From assembly GCA_018061145.1 (NCBI GenBank), contig JAGOUR010000002.1:1939-65938 (forward strand): a stretch of DNA of 64,000 nt, in the 5' to 3' direction. Source of the DNA: Minisyncoccota bacterium (lineage in GTDB: Bacteria; Patescibacteriota; Minisyncoccia; Phycocordibacterales; UBA9973). Each line of letters opens with the position of its first letter. Position 1 is the stretch's first letter. Below are positions 1 to 8,645 of the stretch, one piece after another. The translations under genes and the position numbers were made by a program. The notes beneath the pieces are model-generated. The model made no database searches. It was given only the letters and a program-made list of their open reading frames with translations, and had not been told where the DNA came from.

Positions 1-1260
1 CGCTACGAGAATACTAAGAGTTCCATCTTTAAATTGTGTCAGTGTTCTCTGTCTCTCGTTGTGACGTTTGTCGCCATGGATTGACCCTGCACGGAAACCG
101 CGCTTTATCAATTCCACTGAAATCTTTTCTACTGTATGCTTCATCTCTGCAAAGATTATAACTTTGTCGAATTCTGCTGTAGAAAGGAGATCTTCTAGGA
201 CATCCATCTTTTCTGTACCACGTGATATGCGGACGATATCTTGCTCTACATTCTTTGATGTATCGCGAGTCTTTACCATCACACGCACTGGATCCTTTGT
301 GAATCTCTCTACTAGCTTCTCCACCTCTTTTGGAAGAGTCGCTGAGAAGAGGAAGGCTTGCTTCTGCTCGGGCATAGCACGCAAAATCTTTGTCATATCA
401 TCTACGAATCCCATGTCTAGCATACGATCAGCCTCATCGAGAACTATATTGTTCACAGTCGAGAGGTTTATTTCTTTTCGATCTACTAGGTCCATGATAC
501 GTCCAGGTGTACCGATGATAAAGTCGCAACGACGGCGCAATGTCTTGATTTGCGGATATATCGGTGCGCCTCCTACGCATACTACTGAAAAGATACTCAT
601 ACCCTTTACGAATTCAAACAACTCTTTTTCAATCTGAATTGCGAGCTCGCGTGTAGGAGCAAGGATTATCACCTTTTCGTTTTTGTTATTCAATATCTTA
701 TTGATAAGTGGGATTAGGAATGCTGCAGTTTTACCTGTACCAGTATTCGCAATACCTACGATATCGCGACCCTCTAGAGCATGAGGGATAGCCTTGTCTT
801 GAATAGGACTAGGATATATGTAATTTTTGTTTGCAATAGCTCTCTTTAAAGATTCTTCTACTTTAAAATCAGAGAATGTATGAGTCGGTAGGTAAATCTC
901 CTCTTTTTCTGTGATTGTAGCTTTGTTGATAAATCGTGAGAAATCTATCCTCTCGAAATTACCCTTGCCACGGCCACCGGCACGAGATGAACCACCACGT
1001 GATCCACCGCCACCACCTGAGCCACCACGGCCCTTTCTGTTGCCAGAAAAATTGCCACGGCCACCACGTGATCCACCACCACCTGAATAAGGTGCTGATG
1101 AGCGAGCAGGACCTCCATGTGAAGGGCGCCCAGCACGTGCAGGGCCTCCATGTGAAGATCCACCACGACTACCACTTGATCGGAGCGATGGGCGACTATC
1201 GCCACCTACGCTATCAGAGGAAGAACTCCGAGTTCTTCCAGAATTTGGTTTATAAGCCAT
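1..1260 (-). CDS. DEAD-box ATP-dependent RNA helicase, 3'-partial (runs off the window start); carries a roughly 100-aa N-terminal RGG/SGG-rich low-complexity extension
   Basis: The reverse-strand translation begins at the ATG at 1258-1260 with MAYKPNSGRTRSSSS...RGG repeats. The Q motif (YPSPIQDKAIP) follows, then motif I ALEGRDIVGIANTGTGKTAAF near 700-760, the DEAD box VLDEADRMLDMGF near 440-470, SAT, and the motif IV region near 60-110. The frame stays open down to position 1. Confidence 0.85.
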   Translation of the reverse strand, partial: MAYKPNSGRTRSSSSDSVGGDSRPSLRSSGSRGGSSHGGPARAGRPSHGGPARSSAPYSGGGGSRGGRGNFSGNRKGRGGSGGGGGSRGGSSRAGGRGKGNFERIDFSRFINKATITEKEEIYLPTHTFSDFKVEESLKRAIANKNYIYPSPIQDKAIPHALEGRDIVGIANTGTGKTAAFLIPLINKILNNKNEKVIILAPTRELAIQIEKELFEFVKGMSIFSVVCVGGAPIYPQIKTLRRRCDFIIGTPGRIMDLVDRKEINLSTVNNIVLDEADRMLDMGFVDDMTKILRAMPEQKQAFLFSATLPKEVEKLVERFTKDPVRVMVKTRDTSKNVEQDIVRISRGTEKMDVLEDLLSTAEFDKVIIFAEMKHTVEKISVELIKRGFRAGSIHGDKRHNERQRTLTQFKDGTLSILVA

Positions 1261-1380
1261 ATATATAATTTTCAGTGCTTCAATACTAATGTTTGCAAAA
1301 CTATGTTGCAAATTGGGATTGAAACACTAACGCACAAAGGAGTATTTCAACTACACATAGAATAGCATTTTTTAATTATT

Positions 1381-2061
1381 TTGTCAAATATACCAATAAA
1401 CGAGATATGTTATAATATAAAAATGAAACAACAAAGATTAGAGCAATTAGCAGACGGTATATTTGCTATCGTCATGACTTTATTAGTCCTAGAGATTAAA
1501 TTACCAGCTGATTTAAATGTATTGTCCACAGATCCAGAGATCGCTCGATCACTGCTGACACTGACAAATCCCCTACTATCATATCTACTGGCATTCACAG
1601 TGCTATTCTCCTACTGGCGCAGTCACCACTTTATCACTTCTGTATTTGCCCACAATGTAGACACTAGATTTATAAATATAAATGCAGTATTCCTATTTAT
1701 CGTGGCTCTACTACCATTCACATCTCACCTACTGGGTCTATACAGCCACTCTATCCTAGTCATCGATATATTTGCTATACACATCATCCTCCTTGCTCTA
1801 GCTACACTATGGATGAGAACCTATGCAAAGAATTCCCACAATATAGAGAACAGTCATGTAACAAAGAAAGAACATCGTCATGCACAAGCCCGAATCATGT
1901 TCCCTATAGTATCAGCACTCATTGCTATGGCAGTAGCACCACTGAATACTACAGCGGCACTAGCAATATTTACAATTGGAGTATTCTTTAATATTTCAAG
2001 TAAATCAACAAAAATCTTGTATCACACATTTGGATTCTTTATTCCAAAGTGGAAAGAATAA
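1381..2061 (+). CDS. TMEM175/DUF1211-family membrane protein, a putative K+ channel; the true start may be the internal Met near 1423
   Basis: The N-terminal motif RLEQLADGIFAIVMTLLVLEI matches the RxxxFSDGxxAIxxTLLVLE signature of DUF1211/TMEM175. The hydrophobic multi-TM profile fits. Confidence 0.55.
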   Translation: MSNIPINEICYNIKMKQQRLEQLADGIFAIVMTLLVLEIKLPADLNVLSTDPEIARSLLTLTNPLLSYLLAFTVLFSYWRSHHFITSVFAHNVDTRFININAVFLFIVALLPFTSHLLGLYSHSILVIDIFAIHIILLALATLWMRTYAKNSHNIENSHVTKKEHRHAQARIMFPIVSALIAMAVAPLNTTAALAIFTIGVFFNISSKSTKILYHTFGFFIPKWKE

Positions 2062-2117
2062 TTAAAAGTTAAGGCGTCACGTAAAAATAAATACGCGACA
2101 AAATTTAAATAAAAAAT

Positions 2118-2279
2118 ATGGAAGACGAAGAAGAAGTAAAGAGTGATCCGACTTGTATGAGATGTGGACGAAGAGTCCTAGGAGATGAATGCCAAGCTTG
2201 CGGTACACCTATGATCCTAGACAAGAAAGACAAAGAAGAGGAAGACGACAATTATAATTGGCGCGAACACAAAAGATAA
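2118..2279 (+). CDS. small acidic protein (53 aa) with a CxxC-N9-CxxC zinc ribbon; below the ORF-track size cutoff
   Basis: I read MEDEEEVKSDPTCMRCGRRVLGDECQACGTPMILDKKDKEEEDDNYNWREHKR by eye. A perfect hairpin terminator follows directly. Confidence 0.3.
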   Translation: MEDEEEVKSDPTCMRCGRRVLGDECQACGTPMILDKKDKEEEDDNYNWREHKR

Positions 2280-2287
2280 CAATATAA

Positions 2288-2325
2288 AATCTCCCCTAGG
2301 CTCTTGCCTAGGGGAGATTTTGTAT
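2288..2325. terminator. rho-independent terminator, bidirectional between convergent genes
   Basis: TCTCCCCTAGG-CTCTTG-CCTAGGGGAGA is a perfect 11-bp stem, followed by TTTTGTATT. Confidence 0.6.
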
Positions 2326-2333
2326 TAACTATT

Positions 2334-3002
2334 TTATTCTAGTGTGATACCTTTTATCACTACTGCTTCTACTGGTCTGTCGCCTGCTCCTGTCTTTGTA
2401 TTCTCGATAGCAGCCACTACGTCCATACCTTTTACAACCTTTCCAAATACTGTGTGCTTTGTATCTAGGAAATTGTTTGCAGCTGTATTGATAAAGAATT
2501 GACTACCATTTGTATTTGGTCCTGCATTTGCCATAGATATTGTACCTACATCATTCTTGTTTGTAGATGTGATCTCATCAGCAAATTTGTATCCTGGACC
2601 TCCTGTGCCCCACATCGCTGCCTGTGAGTCATCCTTTGTCAGTGGATCGCCACCTTGGACCATGAATCCCTTTATCACACGGTGGAATTTCACTCCATCA
2701 TAAAAACCTTCTTTTGCTAATTTTGTAAAATTCTCTACTGTCTTTGGTGTAGCTGTACTAAATTCGATCTCGATAGTACCCTTGTTTGTCTCCATTACTG
2801 CTTTCATAAATTTTTTATCTTTATTATCTACTAATTTTATATCAGCCTCTTCTGGGGCCTGCTTTTCCTCTGTCACTTGTGTATTTGAAAATTTTGAACC
2901 AGAATTCAAATCATTATTCAAAGCACTCTTTTTAAACATAGAAAAACCAACACCCAAAACTACTAATACAATAACTATGCCTATAATTATCTTATTACTC
3001 AT
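2334..3002 (-). CDS. cyclophilin-type peptidyl-prolyl cis-trans isomerase with an N-terminal membrane anchor
   Basis: HRVIKGFMVQGGDP, GTISMANAGPNTNGSQFFI and TVFGKVV are classical cyclophilin motifs. An N-terminal TM helix is present. Confidence 0.9.
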   Translation of the reverse strand: MSNKIIIGIVIVLVVLGVGFSMFKKSALNNDLNSGSKFSNTQVTEEKQAPEEADIKLVDNKDKKFMKAVMETNKGTIEIEFSTATPKTVENFTKLAKEGFYDGVKFHRVIKGFMVQGGDPLTKDDSQAAMWGTGGPGYKFADEITSTNKNDVGTISMANAGPNTNGSQFFINTAANNFLDTKHTVFGKVVKGMDVVAAIENTKTGAGDRPVEAVVIKGITLE

Positions 3003-3169
3003 CCCGTTAGAAGTAGATAATCTTTAGATTATCGTACATAATTTAACTAATAATATCGAATATGTATACTTTTTTAAAATAAACCCCGTAGTCAAAAATA
3101 ACATGTATGACTTCTAACGGGACTCATGAGTGATATTATATCATTTTTAATAAAATTCAAAACAAACAA

Positions 3170-3197
3170 AAAAGTCCCCAGATGGGGACTTTTTTAG
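3170..3197. terminator. hairpin terminator
   Basis: AGTCCCCA-GAT-GGGGACT stem flanked by A-run and T-run. Confidence 0.55.
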
Positions 3198-3206
3198 AAA
3201 AATAAA

Positions 3207-3818
3207 TTACTTCTTTTTCTTTGCAACAACCTTTTTTGCAGGGGCCTTGAGAGCTGCTTTTGCTGGTGCGGCTTTCTTTGCAGGAGCCTTTACAGCTGTA
3301 GCTTTTTTAACTTCTACTTTCTTTGCTTCTACTTTTGGAGTAGCTACTACAGGAGCAACTTTTACAAAACTAGATTCTACTTTTGGGGCAGTCAATTTTT
3401 CGATTGAACTTACTAGACGGTCAAGCTTTGCACTGATCTCTGATAGTTGCTTTGCTGTATTGTCGTTTGCAGGAGCAGCTGGCTTTGAGAATTCAGCACG
3501 TGGAGCACGGTCACCAAATGATGGACGAGCGTCACGATTACCAAATTCTTTGCGAGGAGCACGATCTCCACCCTCTCTCTTGCCACCGAAACAATCATTA
3601 CAATATATCGGTTTGTCTCCTGAAGGACGGAATGGAACTTCACAACTCTTCTGACAATCATCACATACTGCCTTGTGCATAGATACTGGACCACGGTCGC
3701 CACCGCGACCACCACCGAATCCACCACCACGATTACCTCCGAAACTTTTCTTCTGGAAACCACCACGGTCTCCACCACGGAAACCACCTCTATCACCACC
3801 TCTGTTAAAATCTCCCAT
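3207..3818 (-). CDS. nucleic-acid-binding-like protein: N-terminal RGG/FGG repeats, a central CxxC...CxxC zinc ribbon, and a C-terminal histone-H1-like K/A/P-rich tail
   Basis: The sequence has GGDRGGFRGG repeats, then CDDCQKSCEVPFRPSGDKPIYCNDCF, then APAKKAAPAKAALKAPAKKVVAKKKK. The composition suggests an RNA/DNA-binding role. I do not recognise the family. Confidence 0.6.
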   Translation of the reverse strand: MGDFNRGGDRGGFRGGDRGGFQKKSFGGNRGGGFGGGRGGDRGPVSMHKAVCDDCQKSCEVPFRPSGDKPIYCNDCFGGKREGGDRAPRKEFGNRDARPSFGDRAPRAEFSKPAAPANDNTAKQLSEISAKLDRLVSSIEKLTAPKVESSFVKVAPVVATPKVEAKKVEVKKATAVKAPAKKAAPAKAALKAPAKKVVAKKKK

Positions 3819-3917
3819 AAATTTTTTTTATTATTACAGTTAAATACCTATTTCGAATAGGCTTTGCGAATATATTGACAATATAGCATTTTTAAGTTAA
3901 AAAAGCAAGTGCTGATT

Positions 3918-4484
3918 TTAATACTTGCGAATAACGGCTTTTACTACGCCGTTGATATGGAGATACTGCTCGGGATAGATAGGCTTGAAATCCCGATTTG
4001 CGGGCTCGAGCCAGACCTTGTCCCCTTTCTTTTTAAAATATTTCATTGTGAATTCACCGTCTACATCTGCGACTACGATGTCTCCATCGCGAGCTTTGTC
4101 TGTGCGCTCGACTAGTACCATATCACCATCTGCAATATGCGCATCGATCATACTCTCGCCATCTACTTCGAGCATAAAAGTGTTGCCTTTTTTGTTCACT
4201 AGATAATTGTCTAGATTCACCGTGTCGTAGGACTGCTCTGCTACATCTGCAGGTAGTCCAGCTTTTACAGAACCGAGGAGTGGAATATCAGAAAAAGATG
4301 ATTCCGGTACCAAGCGACCCAGATGGTCTTTTGCTACGAGACCAGCCTCGATGAATTTATCTACGAGTCTGGCTACTGCATTCTTGGACTTGAATCCAAA
4401 GAGAGACATCATCTCTGTGTATGTCGGCATGCGATTTTCTCTTTGGTAGAAAGATAGTAATTTGTTTTTGTATTCGTTGTACAT
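3918..4484 (-). CDS. lexA: LexA repressor (S24 peptidase with an N-terminal wHTH)
   Basis: The cleavage site VKAGLP (Ala-Gly), the Ser nucleophile in DGESM and the Lys in FTMKYFKK are all present. Length is 188 aa. Confidence 0.85.
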   Translation of the reverse strand: MYNEYKNKLLSFYQRENRMPTYTEMMSLFGFKSKNAVARLVDKFIEAGLVAKDHLGRLVPESSFSDIPLLGSVKAGLPADVAEQSYDTVNLDNYLVNKKGNTFMLEVDGESMIDAHIADGDMVLVERTDKARDGDIVVADVDGEFTMKYFKKKGDKVWLEPANRDFKPIYPEQYLHINGVVKAVIRKY

Positions 4485-4496
4485 ATATCTATTATA

Positions 4497-4691
4497 CTAG
4501 AATTTTAGAATCATCGGAAAGAATCTATTGAAGTATGCACGGCGGGAATGCTGGAGAATCTTGCGACGGAGGATCTTGTGATCGCGAGCCTCCTTTTTGT
4601 ATTCTTCGCCAGCGAGGATCTTCATATCGATGCGCTTGTTTATATTGTTCAACTCTCTCTCTATTAATTTGATGTATTGTTCTTTACTCAT
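4497..4691 (-). CDS. small basic hypothetical protein (64 aa), probably co-transcribed with lexA
   Basis: There is a 12-nt gap to lexA on the same strand, and an SOS box lies upstream. I recognise no domain. Confidence 0.4.
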   Translation of the reverse strand: MSKEQYIKLIERELNNINKRIDMKILAGEEYKKEARDHKILRRKILQHSRRAYFNRFFPMILKF

Positions 4692-4754
4692 TTGATTCTT
4701 GGCCGACCATTTGGTTTAGGCTATTACTATTAATTACTTGTATTTATATTATAT

Positions 4755-4770
4755 GTGAACGAGCGTTCAC
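4755..4770 (-). promoter_or_regulatory. putative LexA operator of Gram-positive type (GAAC-N4-GTTC)
   Basis: GTGAACGAGCGTTCAC is a perfect 16-bp palindrome about 65 nt upstream of the start of the small-ORF-lexA operon. Confidence 0.55.
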
Positions 4771-4925
4771 AGTCAAATAAAAAACTGTGGATAACTAAAA
4801 TTTCCTAAATGGTCTCATAAACGAAAGACCTTTTAGGAAATTTTTTAAGAACCTCTCGGTTCTCAACGCTTCGCTGCTCTCCTCTACGGTGAAAACTAGA
4901 GTTTTCCCCGACCCCCTTTCCAATT

Positions 4926-4967
4926 CAAAAAATACTAACTAGGTAAAACCTATAGTTAGTATTTTTT
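4926..4967. terminator. AT-rich hairpin terminator
   Basis: AAAAAATACTAACTA-GGTAAAACC-TATAGTTAGTATTTTTT. Confidence 0.5.
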
Positions 4968-4981
4968 GAACTTCCAATTTT

Positions 4982-5569
4982 TTATTTTAGTATTTCTTCT
5001 AGTAGAGCATCTAGACCTGTTCTCTTTTTTGATGAGAATGGTATAACTTTGTGATCCCCTGCTATTTTCCTGATGGCATTTAGATTGTGATGTAGCTCGG
5101 ATTGGCTGGCGCGGTCTGTCTTGTTTGCTACTATTATAAAATCTTTATCATGACTCTCGAGATGCTCGAGCATGAGCAGATCCTTTTCTGTCATACCGAC
5201 ATTCACATCGACGATCATCACTACCTTCTTCTGACCATTCACTGAGCTAAATAGATACGAGTCGATGAGCTCACTGATCTTTTCTCTACCAGCGCCATCT
5301 GCACGGGCAAAGCCATACCCAGGTAGGTCGACAAAATAGAACTCTTTGTTTACTAGGAAAATATTGATCTCCTGAGTACGTCCAGGGAATGAACTAGTAC
5401 GAGATACACCACTAGCTGTGAGAGTATTGATCAAGCTTGATTTACCGACATTGGAGCGCCCGATAAAAGCTATCTGCGGTATGCCGTCAGATAGTATCGC
5501 GTGATCGTCCACTATTCCAGTTACAAATTTTACTGATGTAATCTTCATATTTCCTATACTAGCACACAA
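4982..5569 (-). CDS. engB: ribosome-biogenesis GTPase EngB/YihA/YsxC
   Basis: The G1 motif GRSNVGKSSLIN, DLPGYGFA (G3) and NKTD (G4) are present. Confidence 0.85.
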   Translation of the reverse strand: MCASIGNMKITSVKFVTGIVDDHAILSDGIPQIAFIGRSNVGKSSLINTLTASGVSRTSSFPGRTQEINIFLVNKEFYFVDLPGYGFARADGAGREKISELIDSYLFSSVNGQKKVVMIVDVNVGMTEKDLLMLEHLESHDKDFIIVANKTDRASQSELHHNLNAIRKIAGDHKVIPFSSKKRTGLDALLEEILK

Positions 5570-5608
5570 AACAAAAATACACTCGAAAGAGTGTATTTTT
5601 GTTTTGTG
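5564..5608 (-). terminator. long hairpin terminator downstream of the cold-shock gene
   Basis: ACAAAACAAAAATACACTC-GAAA-GAGTGTATTTTTGTTTTGT. Confidence 0.5.
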
Positions 5609-5610
5609 TA

Positions 5611-5808
5611 TTATGCGCGTTGCACGTTTACAGCAGCTGGGCCTTTTTCACCGTTTACTACTTCAAAAGTAACTTCGTCACCTTCGCGTAGATCTTCGTA
5701 TGTGACACCAGATAATTCTTTAGAGTGGAAGAATAGGTCCTTTGTCTCGCCTTCACGAGAGATGAATCCGAATCCTTTTTCTGTAAGAGTTTTGATTATT
5801 CCTTTCAT
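5611..5808 (-). CDS. cold-shock protein (CspA family, 65 aa); start at the internal Met of the ORF-track entry
   Basis: MKGIIKTLTEKGFGFISREGE...DVFFH-like contains the RNP1 motif KGFGFI and the RNP2-like motif VTFEV. Confidence 0.85.
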   Translation of the reverse strand: MKGIIKTLTEKGFGFISREGETKDLFFHSKELSGVTYEDLREGDEVTFEVVNGEKGPAAVNVQRA

Positions 5809-5907
5809 ATGATTTTTTATGTTATTTTTCTTAGAGCTTCGACTGCGCCTTATGTATCTATATACACGGATACTATACCACACAATGTATTTAAAAGAAA
5901 GCAAATT

Positions 5908-5937
5908 AAAACACCGAGGATTTACCCTCGGTGTTTT
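5908..5937. terminator. strong hairpin terminator
   Basis: AAAACACCGAGG-ATTTAC-CCTCGGTGTTTT is a perfect 12-bp stem. Confidence 0.6.
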
Positions 5938-5943
5938 AATGCA

Positions 5944-6063
5944 TTATGCAGCAGCTGCTTCTGTAGTTTCAGCAGGAGTTTCTTCAGCAGGAGTTTCTTC
6001 AACTTCTGTAGATTCAACTGGAGCTACTACTTCTTCTTCTGTAGTTACTTTTGTTTCGTCCAT
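5944..6063 (-). CDS. possible small acidic peptide (about 39 aa), MDETKVTTEEEVVAPVESTEVEETPAEETPAETTEAAAA
   Basis: This short minus-strand ORF ends just before the strong terminator. It could equally be a 3' UTR. Very tentative. Confidence 0.15.
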   Translation of the reverse strand: MDETKVTTEEEVVAPVESTEVEETPAEETPAETTEAAAA

Positions 6064-6129
6064 ATGTTTTAATTTATTTAGAGCTGCTAAAACCGACGAA
6101 GTCAGTATACACTAATAGATAGAGATGTC

Positions 6130-6705
6130 CTAATAAACTCTGAGTGATTTTACGCAGTCTTTATAATCCGGAATCTGCAAGGCAACTAGATCCCAAAATT
6201 TTTTACCGTGATTCATCTGAGCTAGATGACACAATTCGTGCACGATGATATAATCCTGAAGTTTTGGTGGGAGCAATACTATCTTGTAATTAAAATTTAA
6301 ATTCTTTCTACGTGAACAGCTACCCCAGCGGGTAGACTGATTGCGAATCGTGACACGCTCTATCTCGAACTTGTAAAATTTATTGAAATGTGCGATTTTC
6401 GCATCGACTAGATTGTAGGCCTCGTCGCGATATACTTCTAAATCTTTTGACGAGTAATGCGCGAGTAATTTTGTTGGCCTACTACCCAGCTTGTTTATCT
6501 GCTCCTCGATCCAATCCTTTTTACTATCCACTACACCCTCGATATATCGTACAGATACACGTGTAGGCTTTGTCACTACGATATTCCCGCCCTGCTGTAC
6601 ACGGAGGCTGATCTTTCTGGATTTAGAGTTGGATTTGATTGTATATGGCATATCTACGCCATCGATCGACACGGTCTTTTGCATAGAGAGTAGTATATCA
6701 TGCAA
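6130..6705 (-). CDS. DUF45/YgjP-like (M48/WLM-like) zinc metallohydrolase
   Basis: WGSCS...LNFN precedes the HExxH motif IIVHELCHL and NHGKKFW. Confidence 0.7.
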   Translation of the reverse strand: MHDILLSMQKTVSIDGVDMPYTIKSNSKSRKISLRVQQGGNIVVTKPTRVSVRYIEGVVDSKKDWIEEQINKLGSRPTKLLAHYSSKDLEVYRDEAYNLVDAKIAHFNKFYKFEIERVTIRNQSTRWGSCSRRKNLNFNYKIVLLPPKLQDYIIVHELCHLAQMNHGKKFWDLVALQIPDYKDCVKSLRVY

Positions 6706-6707
6706 AT

Positions 6708-6738
6708 CCCCAGCCCAAGGCCTGGCCTTGGGCTGGGG
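6708..6738. repeat. GC-rich perfect palindrome (REP-like element)
   Basis: CCCCAGCCCAAGGCC-T-GGCCTTGGGCTGGGG in an otherwise AT-rich intergenic region. It shares CCCCAG...CTGGGG ends with the elements at 8603, 59109 and 59818. Confidence 0.6.
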
Positions 6739-6833
6739 ACATTATACTATATTTAAATATCAACATATTCTACATACTTGACTTTTATACATAAATATGC
6801 TATACTACTGTCGAACCACTAAATCGGTTAATT

Positions 6834-7157
6834 ATGAACAGGTACATTGAGACTTCAAAAGGGTTTTTAATTTCCCCTTCCCAAAATCTTGAAGATTATG
6901 CATTTATTAGAACAAAAAATGCAGAAGAAATTGAAATGGATACAATCTTTTCTCTGGTTACATTTATTTATGAACCAAAAGAAAAAATTGAAAGAACATT
7001 TCAAAATCCAAAAGCTAAATCAATTCATGAAAATGAAAATTTAGAAAAAATTATCCAGAAAATTTCAAACTCAATAGGTAGAAAAGATGAGTTTGAACAA
7101 GATTGTGCTGATATGGAATGGCAAATGTCCATGGCTATACACCACAGAAAATTTTAA
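6834..7157 (+). CDS. hypothetical protein (107 aa)
   Basis: Clean ORF in an intergenic-size gap. I recognise no domain. Confidence 0.4.
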   Translation: MNRYIETSKGFLISPSQNLEDYAFIRTKNAEEIEMDTIFSLVTFIYEPKEKIERTFQNPKAKSIHENENLEKIIQKISNSIGRKDEFEQDCADMEWQMSMAIHHRKF

Positions 7158-7225
7158 AACAAATCGTTCACGCAAGTGAGCAAAAACACCTCGTCAATAT
7201 ATATGATATTGTATGGGGTATTTTT

Positions 7226-7480
7226 TTACCCGATTAGTGCTAATTTACCCGCTTTTGAAAGCTTCTTTATCCTAGCCTCTTCCACAGATGCAGATGAGCG
7301 GTCTTTGTATCGTTTTGAATATACGAGAGTGACTGGCCGACGTGCGCTAGTATACTTGGCACCCACAGGACCCGTATTGTGCTCGGCTACTCGTCGAGAT
7401 AAATCCGTCGTGATACCAGTGTAGAGTGTGCCGTCGGCACACTCTACTATGTATACAAAATATTTTTTGCTTTTAATCAT
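7226..7480 (-). CDS. GIY-YIG nuclease-domain protein (UPF0213/YhbQ-like)
   Basis: YFVYIVECADGTLYTGITTDLSRRVAEHN is a GIY-YIG core of the small standalone type. Confidence 0.8.
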   Translation of the reverse strand: MIKSKKYFVYIVECADGTLYTGITTDLSRRVAEHNTGPVGAKYTSARRPVTLVYSKRYKDRSSASVEEARIKKLSKAGKLALIG

Positions 7481-7716
7481 TACTTCATAAAGTTGTCGAT
7501 ACTACCACCATCGACAATCTTGAACCAACCATTCTGCTGCATCATAGTTTTCGCCATCATAGAGCGATTGCCAGACTCGCAATACAGCGTAATCTCGGCA
7601 TCCTTTGGTACATCGGGGAACTTGCCATACATCATATCCATGATGTCGCAGTTTATCGCCCCGTCCACATGACCACCATCATATTCCCCTTTTGTTCTAA
7701 CATCGATATATATCAT
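7480..7716 (-). CDS. single-domain rhodanese-like sulfurtransferase
   Basis: IDVRTKGEYDGGHVDGAIN is followed by the active-site loop YCESGNRS. Confidence 0.75.
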   Translation of the reverse strand: MIYIDVRTKGEYDGGHVDGAINCDIMDMMYGKFPDVPKDAEITLYCESGNRSMMAKTMMQQNGWFKIVDGGSIDNFMK

Positions 7717-7728
7717 ATGGGTATTATA

Positions 7729-8025
7729 TCATTTTATTTCAAATTTAATCATGAATTCATCCCCGTCGAGTAGCCCCTCGCTCTGGCGGACAGACTTCTT
7801 AATAGCGATCAGATAGCTCTGGGACATATTGTGAGGCAGTAGTGATGTCTCGAATTTTGTCTTGCCTACCTGTGCACTTATGCGTAGCATGCCCTTGCCG
7901 TATTTCGCGCGGATCTTTTCATATAGCTTTTTATCCAGAGTCACAAAATGCCAAGCCCCATCCCCAGGCCATCGCCACAATTTTACTTTTTCCGAGAATT
8001 TCTTCATAACAAGATTATTATACAA
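7729..8025 (-). CDS. DUF1905-like small protein
   Basis: WRWPGDGAWHFVTL...GMLRISAQVGKTKFETSLLP resembles DUF1905 (YdeI N-terminal-like). Confidence 0.45.
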   Translation of the reverse strand: MYNNLVMKKFSEKVKLWRWPGDGAWHFVTLDKKLYEKIRAKYGKGMLRISAQVGKTKFETSLLPHNMSQSYLIAIKKSVRQSEGLLDGDEFMIKFEIK

Positions 8026-8067
8026 TACATAATGCGGGAATTATAAAATCGTGTATACTATGGCTAT

Positions 8068-8304
8068 ATGGATACAGAAAATGAAGACGAGGTAATAGTT
8101 CGCGATGCGAACGGTACGATACTAGCCCATGGCGACAGTATCACCCTGATAAAAGATTTAAAAATAAAAGGTAGTTCCACTGTGATCAAGAAAGGCACCA
8201 AGGCCAAGAATATCCGCCTGACTGATGACGAGGAGCTAGTAGAATGCAATATAGATGGCATGAAGGGCATCGTACTGCGCACAGAATTCATAAAGAAAGC
8301 ATAA
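8068..8304 (+). CDS. PhnA/YjdC-like small protein (C-terminal domain type)
   Basis: VRDANGTILAHGDSITLIKDLKIKGSS..KKGTKAKNIRL matches the PhnA C-terminal domain pattern. Confidence 0.6.
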   Translation: MDTENEDEVIVRDANGTILAHGDSITLIKDLKIKGSSTVIKKGTKAKNIRLTDDEELVECNIDGMKGIVLRTEFIKKA

Positions 8305-8306
8305 TT

Positions 8307-8344
8307 AAAATAGCCCGAGGCGTACGCCTCGGGCTATTTTAATT
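8307..8344. terminator. bidirectional hairpin terminator
   Basis: AAAATAGCCCGAGGCG-TA-CGCCTCGGGCTATTTT. Confidence 0.6.
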
Positions 8345-8581
8345 TCTATGTGGGCATCCGGCCCAACAGCAGGGTCTGCGCTTGCCAGCGGATAGATCAC
8401 CACAAACCCGATTGATTCTCTTTTGACGAGTCTCGTCCTTCTTTGCTGATTCTACAAAGCAGATCCATTCATTGCGAGAGAGTGGCGTGAGATCATCCCA
8501 TAGATCAAGAACCCCGGCAGTATTGGATATTTTCTCTTTTAAATCTTTTGGAATTTTGTGTAATTTTTCCTTTTCAATCAT
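8339..8581 (-). CDS. YdeI/OmpD-associated family protein (80 aa); the start is at the internal ATG, because the upstream part of the ORF-track entry runs through a REP-like palindrome
   Basis: LSRNEWICFVESAKKDETRQKRINRVCGDL matches the YdeI_OmpD-associated signature. The 3' half is unusually GC-rich. Confidence 0.5.
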   Translation of the reverse strand: MIEKEKLHKIPKDLKEKISNTAGVLDLWDDLTPLSRNEWICFVESAKKDETRQKRINRVCGDLSAGKRRPCCWAGCPHRN

Positions 8582-8602
8582 ATGATTATTATATACCAAA
8601 AA

Positions 8603-8640
8603 ATCCCCCAGTCCCAGGCCCGGCCTGGGATTGGGGGATT
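8603..8640. repeat. GC-rich near-perfect palindrome (REP-like), doubling as a terminator for the zinc-ribbon gene
   Basis: ATCCCCCAGTCCCAGGCC-C-GGCCTGGGATTGGGGGAT with one mismatch. It is closely similar to the 6708 element. Confidence 0.6.
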
Positions 8641-8645
8641 TAAAT

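Noticed and set aside
68-637. 189-aa plus-strand ORF
   Set aside because: It lies antisense to the DEAD-box helicase, whose conserved motifs I read on the minus strand. It has no motifs of its own.
936-1268. His-rich plus ORF and Val-rich minus ORF (945..1205)
   Set aside because: They are alternative frames through the repetitive RGG-coding region of the helicase, so they are compositional artefacts.
3247-3860. Several overlapping ORFs (3247..3654+, 3413..3799-, 3452..3682+, 3675..3860+)
   Set aside because: They are alternative frames of the low-complexity RGG/KA-rich gene 3207..3818.
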